This document shows, in pieces, positions 22,842-32,747 of a stretch of DNA of 64,000 bases (its first letter is position 1; the number at the start of each line of letters is the position of its first letter). The notes beneath the pieces are model-generated. The model worked only from the letters and a program-made list of their open reading frames with translations, ran no database searches and was not told the DNA's origin. The position numbers and the translations under genes were made by a program. Source of the DNA: Nitrospirales bacterium. Lineage in GTDB: Bacteria; Nitrospirota; Nitrospiria; Nitrospirales; UBA8639. The stretch spans positions 32,001-96,000 of the forward strand of contig CBDBCZ010000014.1 of the NCBI GenBank assembly GCA_965203295.1, read 5' to 3'.

Positions 22842-25800
22842 TCAGTCTGTGGCCATGCATTCTTCTCGCAATTCACGCATATCAACCACTGTCCGGGTTG
22901 GGGCAGATTTTGACTGAAACACACGATCTGGTGGGTCTTTAGGCCCTGTGCCCACTTCATTCATGGGAACTCTAACACAATCAGGCCTCTGGTGCAATCT
23001 CCTCCACAGCCTGGTGCTATTGAATTGCTGAACAGAGTGGTAGATAACAATTCCAATGAATGTTGCGAAGGCTATACCAACGGAAGTGGATGCAGCAGCA
23101 TTCTGATTGCCTCCAGTAGAACGGATATAGAGAGAGGCCAGAGAAACGATGGCCAAGTTGAGGATGAATGATGTTTCAAGGAGGACAAGGCTCCATGTCT
23201 TGTAGACTTTAGCCCCAAGTATGGTAGGTGGTACTGCAAAAGTAATGAAACCAATAGCCAGCAGGTTGACACTGGGGTCTCCAAAAGCATTAACTGCAGA
23301 GATGAGAAACAGAACTAAGCGAAGTAGTAGCATCAGTCCAGTCCAGTAGCGATGTTTGTCAGTGTAGGGTGCATGGTATGCATCCAGGAAAGGTTTAACG
23401 TATTGGTTGTTGATGCATGAGAAGATTTTTAACTGTGACTTGGCCTGGAGCCATTGTCCAAAGATTAGCAGTGTTGTGAAGGGGAGAAACAAGAAAATCA
23501 GACAAACCATTGCAGCTGTGAACAGAGGGATGTGCTTGCCACTGAAGTACCTAATGTTCCCATCATACGGCCACACAGCAATCTGTGAGTTGTTAGGGTA
23601 TTCCAGGTATGCGAATGAAAGTGCAGCAATAACTGTGCGGAGTAGTTTTGCATATGACATCAGGATGAGTGTGGCCAGTACTGCAATGGGGTTTCTTCCA
23701 AATACTTTTGCAACTCTTCCAGAGTAGTAGCTACCGAGGATTATCATACTTATCAGAGCCCATACATACAGAGGAAATACAAATTGAAGCCACGTTTTTA
23801 CATAGGCATCCATTCCATCGAAGAAGCAAGTTTCAATACCCAGGTCCAGGTTGAGCCAGGCTATGAAAACTGTCAGAACATTAGTGGCTTGAGGCTGAGG
23901 AAGCAGATTAGAATTCACTGCTATAATGTTTGCATAGAAGATTAGTCCATTCACTGTTCCCATAGCAACCGTCAGCCTCAGGACCAGAAGAAACAGAACT
24001 AGTGCAATACCAGCAATAGCAAATGCAGCTAAGAGTGAGAGATAGGTGTTAGAACATTGCAAACAGCGGGAGCTGCCCAATACAAGGCTCAGGTTCTCAC
24101 TGCATCCTCCACACAATAAGCCACTTCTATTGTAGTTACACTGTTTATCACTATCGTCAACTGCCAAATATGTTTCTTTGGTTGTACAGAAATCAAATGG
24201 GCAGTGAGGATGAGTAATCAAACCTCTGGACTCACTGTCGTTGTCATTACCATAGCCTACCCAGAACTCATCATTCTCTTGCCACAGCACTGTTGCGCTG
24301 TCCACTAGGCATGTGTTTGTATATTGTTGAAGTCTTTCTGCACAGATGCAAGATGGTTCATTCACTGCCAACTGAAATCCATGAGGACAGTGTTGAATAT
24401 CCACAGTGACTGTAAGAGTGTTAGTCGGAATGGGTGAGCAAGGTCCTTCAGCATACAGAGCCATGTTCTGGACGGTACCCACAGCACGTGAATGTATGGT
24501 GTACTTCAGGGCACTACACTTATTATTAATACTCTGAGAGTCTTCAAGGTTTCCATGACTGATGTTGTTAGGCATAGCAATAAGTTGAATTATCGCCGCT
24601 GTTGTTCCGTACCTTTGTCCTTGTGCAATGACTGGAACCTCCATGGTTCCCCCTGGATACACAGGCCCTGCATCATAAGAACCAGTACAGTCAACTAGAT
24701 TGCCTCGACAGGTACAGATGTGCAGTGGGTCAGAAGAAATACTCAGTTCGTTTCCGCTACTGGAACTATATATGACATCAAACAGGTATCCGCTGACGGA
24801 GGGACCAGAGTAAAATTCCCATATCTCTATATTACTGAGTGAACAGTAGTCGACTGAGCCACCATACAAGTCAGCACCTGCTTCTACAGCACTATTGTTG
24901 CCAAAAAATATTGTGTGGTTGACATTAAGTTTTTTAATGAAATATAAGAGAGTATTATTGTCAAATATATCTACATGTCGTTGGGATTGGGTTTGGAAGA
25001 AACAGTCACTACTGCCCACATAGTTATTAGCGATTGTAGGAATGCAATACGTTAGTGGGTTGCTTTCTTCAACCTTAATCGCACCTCCAGTCTTGCTTGC
25101 ATGATTACTGGTGAGGTGCACAGTCATATCCGGATGCAGTAAGACTTTAGAATCTCCAGAAAGCAGTAGTCCTCCACCATTAGAAGCTACATTGTTTATA
25201 ATTGTAGTCGTTTCAGTGAAAGAAAGAACACTTTTCAATGCATAAATCCCTCCTCCTCCATCCTTTGCAGAATTGCCAGTGATTATTGCATTTAAATGAA
25301 ATTCTGTGTTGTATGCATACAGTCCTCCACCAAAGCTGGCTGTGTTGTTGTCAATGACGGTTCTTTCTAACAATTCCAGTTTACTGTCCAATACAGCAAT
25401 ACCTCCACCATATTGAGCTCTGTTGTTTTTAATCACAACAGTGGACATTCTCACATTGCTGTTGCCTGCTGCAAGAATCGCACCGCCCAATAGTCCGTAG
25501 CTATCAGAAATATAATCATTAGTGAAAGTTGCATTGCTTGTCAAGTCCACATATACAGTACCCCCCACACTAGCTGAGTTGCTCTGGAATGTGTTCGCCG
25601 TCAAATTAAGGGTGCTACGAGATACATAAAGTCCTCCTCCATCAGCTTCAGCAGAGTTGCTGTCGAATGAATTCCCGATGAGGTTGAGGTTGCTGCTTCC
25701 TATTCTAAGTCCTCCTCCATTAGTTTTAGCAGAGTTGTTCTGGAATGTGTTCATGGTGAGGTTGATGGTGCTGCTAAATAGATAAAGTCCTCCTCCATCA

Positions 25801-27077
25801 CATCTAGCAGAGTTGTTCTGGAATGTGTTCCCAGTGAGGTTGAGGTTGCTGTGGGCTGCATAAAGTCCTCCGCCACCAAATCCAGCAGAGTTGTTCTGGA
25901 ATGTGTTCCTGGTGAGGTTGAGGTTGCTGTGGGCTGCATAAAGTCCTCCTCCACCAAATCCAGCAGAGTTGTTCTGGAACGTGTTTTCTGTGAGGTTGAC
26001 GTTGCTGTTTTGTATAACATAAAGACCTCCTCCTTCTTTAGCAACGTTGTTCTGGAATATGTTGTCAGTGAGGTTGAGGTTGCTAATTTCTACATGTAGT
26101 CCTCCTCCACTATACCAAGCAGAGTTGTTCACGAATGTGTTCTTGATGAGGTTAAGGTTACTGTTGTATGCATAAAGTCCTCCTCCTATTTGAGTAGTTG
26201 CAGAGTTGTTCTGGAATGTGTTCCCGGTGAGGTTGAGGTTGCTGTTGTATACATACAGTCCTCCTCCTACATGAGCAAAATTGTTCCTGAATGTGTTGCT
26301 GGTGAGGTTAAGATTGCTGTTGTGTACATGCAGTCCTCCTCCTACTTGCTGAGCAGAGTTGCTCATGAATATGTTCTCGGTGAGGTTGAGGTTGCTGTTG
26401 TATACAAAAAGACCTCCTCCTACTTGAGCAGAGTTGTTCTGGAATGTATTCCTGGTGAGTTCAACGGTGCTGTTTTCTACATAAAGTTCTCCTCCATCAG
26501 CTTCAGCAGAGTTGTCCTGGAATGTGTTTTCTGTAATGGTGATAGTGCTGTTTATTACAGCAAGTATTCCTCCTTTATTTAAAATGGTTCCAGAGTTGAA
26601 GATGTTCTTGAAGTTACAGTTTGAAATATTCGACCTATTCACAAATATTATGCTTATAGGTCCACTGGTACCACCAGTACTGATGTGATCACATGAGATG
26701 AAGGCTAGTGCAGTGATGTGTAGTCCAGTGATGTCTTTAAAGACAAACCCAGCCGAGCTTGAGGTGCATGCAATCCTACTGGTGAGCTCTGGGAGAGAGG
26801 AGGAATCTCCATGAAGGGTAAACCTCATTAGGTTTGTCAGAGACATGGTCTGTTCCAGAGTATGATTGCCAGGAAGGAACTCCATTGTTGTGCTGTTTTG
26901 AAAGTGCCAGTCAGCAGCGTACTTAGAGAGGGTGTGGCAGGGCTCTCCAGGACATGGTGTGTCAGGTGTGGGTGTGACGTAGTAGGTACTCTGAGCAGAG
27001 CATGAGGTGAGCAGCACGAGGAGCAGTAGAGATTTCTGCCTTGACAGCAGTAGTGCTGTGGAGACCGTGTGCTCCAT
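22842..27077 (-). CDS. Receptor-like membrane protein B2 (1411 aa from the MEHTVS start) with an expanded beta-helix repeat array
   Basis: Uninterrupted ORF paralogous to B1. Start placed at 27077 by alignment with B1 (MEHVVS) and a conserved splice acceptor at 27107-27108. About 20 GG coils, 12 in the variable block. Confidence 0.92.
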   Translation of the reverse strand: MEHTVSTALLLSRQKSLLLLVLLTSCSAQSTYYVTPTPDTPCPGEPCHTLSKYAADWHFQNSTTMEFLPGNHTLEQTMSLTNLMRFTLHGDSSSLPELTSRIACTSSSAGFVFKDITGLHITALAFISCDHISTGGTSGPISIIFVNRSNISNCNFKNIFNSGTILNKGGILAVINSTITITENTFQDNSAEADGGELYVENSTVELTRNTFQNNSAQVGGGLFVYNSNLNLTENIFMSNSAQQVGGGLHVHNSNLNLTSNTFRNNFAHVGGGLYVYNSNLNLTGNTFQNNSATTQIGGGLYAYNSNLNLIKNTFVNNSAWYSGGGLHVEISNLNLTDNIFQNNVAKEGGGLYVIQNSNVNLTENTFQNNSAGFGGGGLYAAHSNLNLTRNTFQNNSAGFGGGGLYAAHSNLNLTGNTFQNNSARCDGGGLYLFSSTINLTMNTFQNNSAKTNGGGLRIGSSNLNLIGNSFDSNSAEADGGGLYVSRSTLNLTANTFQSNSASVGGTVYVDLTSNATFTNDYISDSYGLLGGAILAAGNSNVRMSTVVIKNNRAQYGGGIAVLDSKLELLERTVIDNNTASFGGGLYAYNTEFHLNAIITGNSAKDGGGGIYALKSVLSFTETTTIINNVASNGGGLLLSGDSKVLLHPDMTVHLTSNHASKTGGAIKVEESNPLTYCIPTIANNYVGSSDCFFQTQSQRHVDIFDNNTLLYFIKKLNVNHTIFFGNNSAVEAGADLYGGSVDYCSLSNIEIWEFYSGPSVSGYLFDVIYSSSSGNELSISSDPLHICTCRGNLVDCTGSYDAGPVYPGGTMEVPVIAQGQRYGTTAAIIQLIAMPNNISHGNLEDSQSINNKCSALKYTIHSRAVGTVQNMALYAEGPCSPIPTNTLTVTVDIQHCPHGFQLAVNEPSCICAERLQQYTNTCLVDSATVLWQENDEFWVGYGNDNDSESRGLITHPHCPFDFCTTKETYLAVDDSDKQCNYNRSGLLCGGCSENLSLVLGSSRCLQCSNTYLSLLAAFAIAGIALVLFLLVLRLTVAMGTVNGLIFYANIIAVNSNLLPQPQATNVLTVFIAWLNLDLGIETCFFDGMDAYVKTWLQFVFPLYVWALISMIILGSYYSGRVAKVFGRNPIAVLATLILMSYAKLLRTVIAALSFAYLEYPNNSQIAVWPYDGNIRYFSGKHIPLFTAAMVCLIFLFLPFTTLLIFGQWLQAKSQLKIFSCINNQYVKPFLDAYHAPYTDKHRYWTGLMLLLRLVLFLISAVNAFGDPSVNLLAIGFITFAVPPTILGAKVYKTWSLVLLETSFILNLAIVSLASLYIRSTGGNQNAAASTSVGIAFATFIGIVIYHSVQQFNSTRLWRRLHQRPDCVRVPMNEVGTGPKDPPDRVFQSKSAPTRTVVDMRELREECMATD
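25566..26495 (-). repeat. Coding tandem array of 12 units of ~75-81 bp (GGGLxVxxSNLNLTxNTFxNNSAxx)
   Basis: Counted in the translation; the DNA framework AGCAGAGTTGTTCTGGAATGTGTT...GAGGTTGAGGTTGCT recurs. Confidence 0.93.
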
Positions 27078-27744
27078 GGATGTGGCTTCAGTGATTAAAT
27101 TGATTCCTGTGTGAAAAGTATAAATGAACATAGCTTCTTCAGTCACCATGCATCTATGATATAATGGGTTCTCTAAAAAGTGTGGAAACTAGGGCAAAAT
27201 GGGAAGTCTGGAAACACTGAAAAGATGGGCTACTCAGGACATAAAGGTTATTATGACTGAAGGTGTAGTTATGCCATCAGTTAGGTATATTATACCAAGT
27301 CAAAGGCACTGCCCCATGCAAAGCCCTGAACTATTAAGACTTCACCATTATCTTGTGACCTTCGACACTATCTGTGCTCAGCTTAGCTATGTATGCGAGC
27401 TATCCTGCACTTCAATTTCAGTACTGTTTCAGTGAAATCTATATAGGCACTTTCGTCTCATATTTCCAGATGGCAGCTACGTATAACTAGTGTTCCCAGC
27501 ATTGTCGCAGTATTCCAAATAGTCTCCATGATGTCCAGAGTGTGCAGTGTAAACCATGAGTCAACAGTCTAGCAGAATAGGCACGTTCTACTCCATTAGC
27601 CAGCTATGTGTTACTACCAAAAGTGATGTCATTTGCATGCTAGCAGTTGCATGTACAGTGGAACCCCTCTAATGTGAACACCTTTAAGACTCTCACTGAA
27701 GAGAGCACACAGATTTTTCCAGTATTGTTGGAAGAATTAGAAAG

Positions 27745-29523
27745 TGTAGTAACTACAGACTGATTGTTGTTTTATATCACCTGTTAAATAGATCTGATTA
27801 CTGTAGTACATGCAACACACTTGCAGCACTCATGCACTCCATATTTCCTTGTTTGGTTACAATTAGTATGCAGTGAGTTGTGTCTCATGCTCCTTCCTTA
27901 TCTCTTTCACACCCCTGGTTTGTATATATGTACTTCCCACACTTCCCTTCTGGACAATACTTTATCAGTGTTTACGTAGTAGTCTAGGTCTCGATGACCT
28001 CCAAGGATTTTACCAACCACTCCCACTTTGACCAAGTGAATGAGCACCGACAATGCAACAGCAAACTGCCGTACAGGGGAACCTGCTAGCTAAGGGGTGG
28101 AAAGATACAGACAAGCTGCACCCTCTCTCACATGCCCTATAAACCGTGCGGAGGAATACGTGAAGAAGAGCTTCCAGTACCTGTATATATAGCTGACTAT
28201 GGGAGTCGTAGTGGCTAGGAGAGCGATCACCGGTGCACCTTCAAGATGCCTACATGATATGTGGGTAACTATTTTACACAGATGGATGGAAGTGTACCCG
28301 ATCTCTAATCGAGAGACGGCAGCGATGGTTCGTGTGTTGGTAGACCAGTGATTTTGCCAATTCTGTGCCAGAACAGTTGCACTCCGACAAAGGCAGACAG
28401 TTTGAGTTCGATCTCATCGCGGAACTATGCAAGACCTTGCGAATCATTGAGAAGACCCCGACCCCCACAATGTGACGGCCTGATCAAGCGCTTCAAACGC
28501 ACACTTTTGGAAATGTTGGCTACCACCACCAGTGACCACCCCTTTGACTGGGAGAATCAGATCCGGAAGGTCTGTTTTGCCTACATCATGAGCATGCAGT
28601 CCACCACTGGTACTCTCCCTTCTTCCTTGTGTTTGGCTGCCGGGCCCGAGTTCCAGTCGATATCATGTATGTCACCGACAAACCCAGCGAGACAACCCAC
28701 GGAGAATTTGCCACCACGCTTCGGACAACCTTGGAAAATGCAAAAAGTCTAATCATAATCAAGACTGGAGCAAATCAAGAGAGGCAGTAGTTTTACAACC
28801 GCAAAATCCATGGTGAACCCCCTCTCTCCTGGTGACCAGATGTAGCTGTTCTCTCCTGTAGTACGTACCACTTGGTGAGTCTAAGAAACTCCATCACCCA
28901 TGGACAGGACCATGGGTTGTAGCCAAACGGCTATTAGATGCAGCATATCGTATCCAATTATTGTCTGGTCACAGGAAACGAGCAGTAGTGCATTTCGATC
29001 GTCTGGAGCTTCGCCCTCCAGAGATGCGTCTCACCAACACTGCCCGTCAGTTGGACGAAGACAACCGAACCCCCATTCCATCCCGAATATATAGTGCCGG
29101 GCACCTCAGACCTGGAGCTCTTCGACCAGCTTAAACCTGAGCCTCGATCCACCCTCTCCCACCTGCATGCAACCACCGCCAAGACGTTACCCCCAACAAA
29201 CTCGAACTATCCCCAATTACTATTCCCCTTCTCTCTTTCATTAGCTCTGAATACGGGACATAATTTCCTTGAGAGGGAGCAATGTAGTAACTACAGACTG
29301 ATGCGTTTGTTTGTATCACCTGTTTAGTGGTTCTGATTACTGTAGTACATGTATCGCACATGTAGCACTCATGCACTCCATATTTCCAATGTTTGAATAT
29401 GTGCCATGAGTGCTCCTTTATCTCTTTCACACCCCTGGTTTGTATACATGTACTTCCCACACTGACATGCTTCCCTTCTGGACAATACTTTATCAGTGTT
29501 TATGTAGTAGCATAGGTCATACA
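27745..29523 (+). mobile_element. Internally deleted Ty3/Gypsy LTR retrotransposon (two ~240-bp LTRs plus an integrase relic)
   Basis: Direct repeats starting TGTAGTAACTACAGACTGAT at 27745 and 29283. Purine tract GAGAGGGAGCAA before the 3' LTR, which ends ...TACA. Integrase motifs VPEQLHSDKGRQFE, PQCDGLIKRFKRTL and DWENQIRKVCFAY. No clear TSD. Confidence 0.88.
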
Positions 29524-30679
29524 AGATATGATGAAATGGACATTCTCCCTTACTGCTATACAGTTGTATTTAAGTTACCATCTGCTTGAATTTACCGTAT
29601 ACACACTTACATAATACCCACACCTCAGGAGAACTTCTTGCAATTACTTAATATTCTAATTATGCATATGGCCTAAAAAAAGAGAGAGCCGATGTGCAAA
29701 GATGTCTTCGACACATCCAGTCGAGAAAATGAAAGCACGAAGAAACTGATCCATAGATATTGTTTTACTATACCAGTTACTACACCAGCACTCAGTATTC
29801 ATGCTATGTAACATTTCACGACGTGTTTATTAGCACTCAATGAATATAAGCACCCTGCGATGATTAGCACCCATTTCCACTACTAATTTAGAAAATAGGC
29901 ACTGGTGCTTAGTATCCTGATTATTACCTTCTTTTGGTTAATCTTCAGGGTCTCGGTATAGACAGACCTTCAGCTGCAATAAATTTACACAAATAGCTAA
30001 CTTACTAATCTACTTTAGCATACTGTAATGATATCATTGATATGCATCCATACACATATCACTGTATATAGTACTCAAAAAAAGTAGCTTAGCGGCGTGG
30101 TTTATTCGGTTCCTGTAGTTGCAAAGCGTGTAGGCAGCTATATATGCTCAATCGCCTGTCCTATAAGGAAGCAGCCCAAAAGTTTAGGTGTTCATTTGTC
30201 ATGCATGAGTAACACTAATAAGTCTTGTAAGAAAAGTCTACCGAGTGAAACGTGTATGCGGTCATTAGTTAAACCATGCCACCAAGGGCTGTTGAGATTA
30301 CTATAGCACAGGAGTGCAATAACTAATTGTGCGCTCTCAAATGCCATACAGCATGGCTTTCTGTGCATGTGCAGCTTATCATCAGCGGCTTCCTTCAAGT
30401 GTGCAGCTCGTAACCACACGGCAATATAAGATATTGCCCTACTCTGTGGTAAGACACACAGCAATAACCTGCTCCGCTACAGAACATTGCCCTTTGATAG
30501 TATGGCTTCCAAGCATTTTTTAAAAATACTCCAACTACATGCATATGTATACCCGTACCTTCTTTTGTTCCAGAGTCTCAGTGCAGAAACTTCCATAAAT
30601 TTACACAACCAACTAACTTCCAAGAGAAAGCATACTGTACCGGTACCGTGCACGGCAAATTATTACGAGAAACCACATC

Positions 30680-31205
30680 CGGTGACATAAAAATTTGCCA
30701 TCGCTATCTACGAGACGGGAGCTACCCAGATCGGTACGAGAACGCCAACAAGCACCCTCTACGGAAGAGAGTGAAGTTTTTCACGTAGAAGGGTGTAAAT
30801 CTCTTTAATGTCGGCGGATCATCAAGTAGCTGAGTATGCAGTATATAGATAGATAGATAGATAAATTTTTATAGTCACGCCCCAAGGGCAGCGGGCCAAA
30901 TTTGACCCATGAGACATTCATAATTTCTATCCTACAAAAACAATGTGGAAATCTGTATAGATTAATGGGAATAAAGATGACCTATGAGACAAATAATTAT
31001 GATCCATGAATTTACACATTATGTTTAACTCTTGTTCGGGTTCTAGTGGCAATAGGGCTTGGGACTATAGCACTCCATTTCCTACTACTCATGGTACATA
31101 ATAGTCAGTTGTGAGTACCGGGTACTGCTCACTGAATTTTAAAATAATTATTCTACCAACTGTTAGAGAAAGATGCTCAGCTGGGTGAGAGGCTGGTTAT
31201 TATCT
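30680..31205 (+). mobile_element. Possible Ginger/Gypsy-integrase-like transposase N-terminal relic (second copy ~46900-47170)
   Basis: Reads DIKICHRYLRDGSYPDRYENANKHPLRKRVKFF..GVNLFNVG, then ERLVI after an AG. This resembles the YLxxGxYP...LRxRAxxF region preceding integrase Zn fingers. Recognition from memory only. Confidence 0.35.
30846..31098 (-). mobile_element. Short insertion with a (TCTA)n tail, probably a 5'-truncated LINE; present only in duplication copy 1
   Basis: Copy 2 has the empty site AGTATGCAGTATAATAGTCAG (~47054-47074). The insertion begins with TAGA repeats on the + strand. Confidence 0.55.
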
Positions 31206-32747
31206 CTTTGAACGCCATGGGCACATTTATGTGACCATATAAAATAGAAAAAAACATGTACTCTATATTAACGCCTAATATAAAAGGGCCAATATAAATT
31301 CACATTAGCCTCATGGATGTAATAAAAGTTGGCTGGGAAAGATCCTGATCAAAGAAAGCGTATTGTTGGCACCATGCATATGTTGGCCATTTGGGGATGC
31401 ACTTTTTGGACCCTAGGTCTATTATTAACGTGACAGGTATGACTTGATGCACCTGAATCATGCGGCCAATCTGTCTCACTGTGTCGGACATCATGATGTC
31501 CAGTTCGAATTCCTCAGACCCTCTGGTACGTAGTGGTGCTCGGATTTTCCATTGTCCACATTGCTGGGCGGGGCTTAGAGAAAGGGCGGGGCTAGTACAA
31601 GGTGTGTTGCTGGGTGGTTGGGGCTGATACCCAGTCGAGAAAAGTCAATGTGAAGTTCAGTCTTGTTGCTGAGAGTAGCTTAAACGTAAAACGCTAACGT
31701 TTTTATCAACACAAAAAATGACGACCCCTCAGATTTACACGAAACTTGGTACATATGTACCCTATGTGAAGTTATTAATCTACAGTGATTATTAGCCTCA
31801 TACGTGGTATGGCTTCTGTGTTACAGCCAGACAAAAACTCAATTTTTCGGCAAATTTTCAGCTACCTGTTTCTACATAATTGACCATAGCTTTTACTACA
31901 ATTGTCTGTGCAAGATGAAAATTGCACCATCTTGTACCTTAGTAGATACCCTTTTAGCTGATATATTGCAAGTGATAATTTGATTGTGTTGAGGTCAAAG
32001 GTCATGGTTTATATACTTGACCTTTGCCCCCTTGAAAAAGCAATTGTTTTAGTTTTTTTCCAACTAGATCTTCATGTCGAGATGGTATTATTTTAATTTT
32101 GGGCCTGCATGGGATTAGGAGATACAGAGAGTAGAGTAATTAGCCAGTAGGGTGTTTTTCATGTATGTCCACCCCATACTGGGATTTGTTTCGGTGTGAG
32201 GTCCAGTACTACATGATCTGCATGGGTGAGTAGACTGATTTAATACACTCATTATACATGTAGTGAGTTATACTTTGGTACATTCCTGAAAGTATATGGG
32301 AGTAAAGTTGCACAAATCCACAAGATTCCCGCAATCAAACAGAGCTCTCACACATGCACATTTCATTCATTTTTCTGACTATTACTTTTAACACAGACTC
32401 AGAGGAATGCAGCTCTTTGTAAACATTGTTCAGAAATCAAACACAATTATATAGCTTTCTAATAGTGCAATAATTCATATCAAAGTTCCATGATTGCAAG
32501 AATATCTTGTGCAAGTAAAGTGCCTACAGATTTTATAAAAGACAAAATAAGCCAAACAAAAATATAATCCAAATATAAATGGTGTTTGCAGTGCATACAA
32601 GAATTATTAACAATAAAGCAAAATGAAAGTAGGGGGTGAGAAATTGTCATGTGCTGTGTCAAGTGGAGTACAAAACTATAACTTTGCAAGGAACAGATAT
32701 GTATGCAAGAGTGGTATTTGTACAAATTACTGGAAATTGCAAGCCAA

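Noticed and set aside
25566..26495. Regular repeats with variable intervals resembling a CRISPR array
   Set aside because: In-frame coding repeats within a eukaryotic ORF; repeats are degenerate and there are no cas genes.
27078..27149. 24-aa N-terminal extension of B2 in the ORF track
   Set aside because: Not open in B1, and it crosses a conserved splice acceptor; the upstream ATG is probably intronic.
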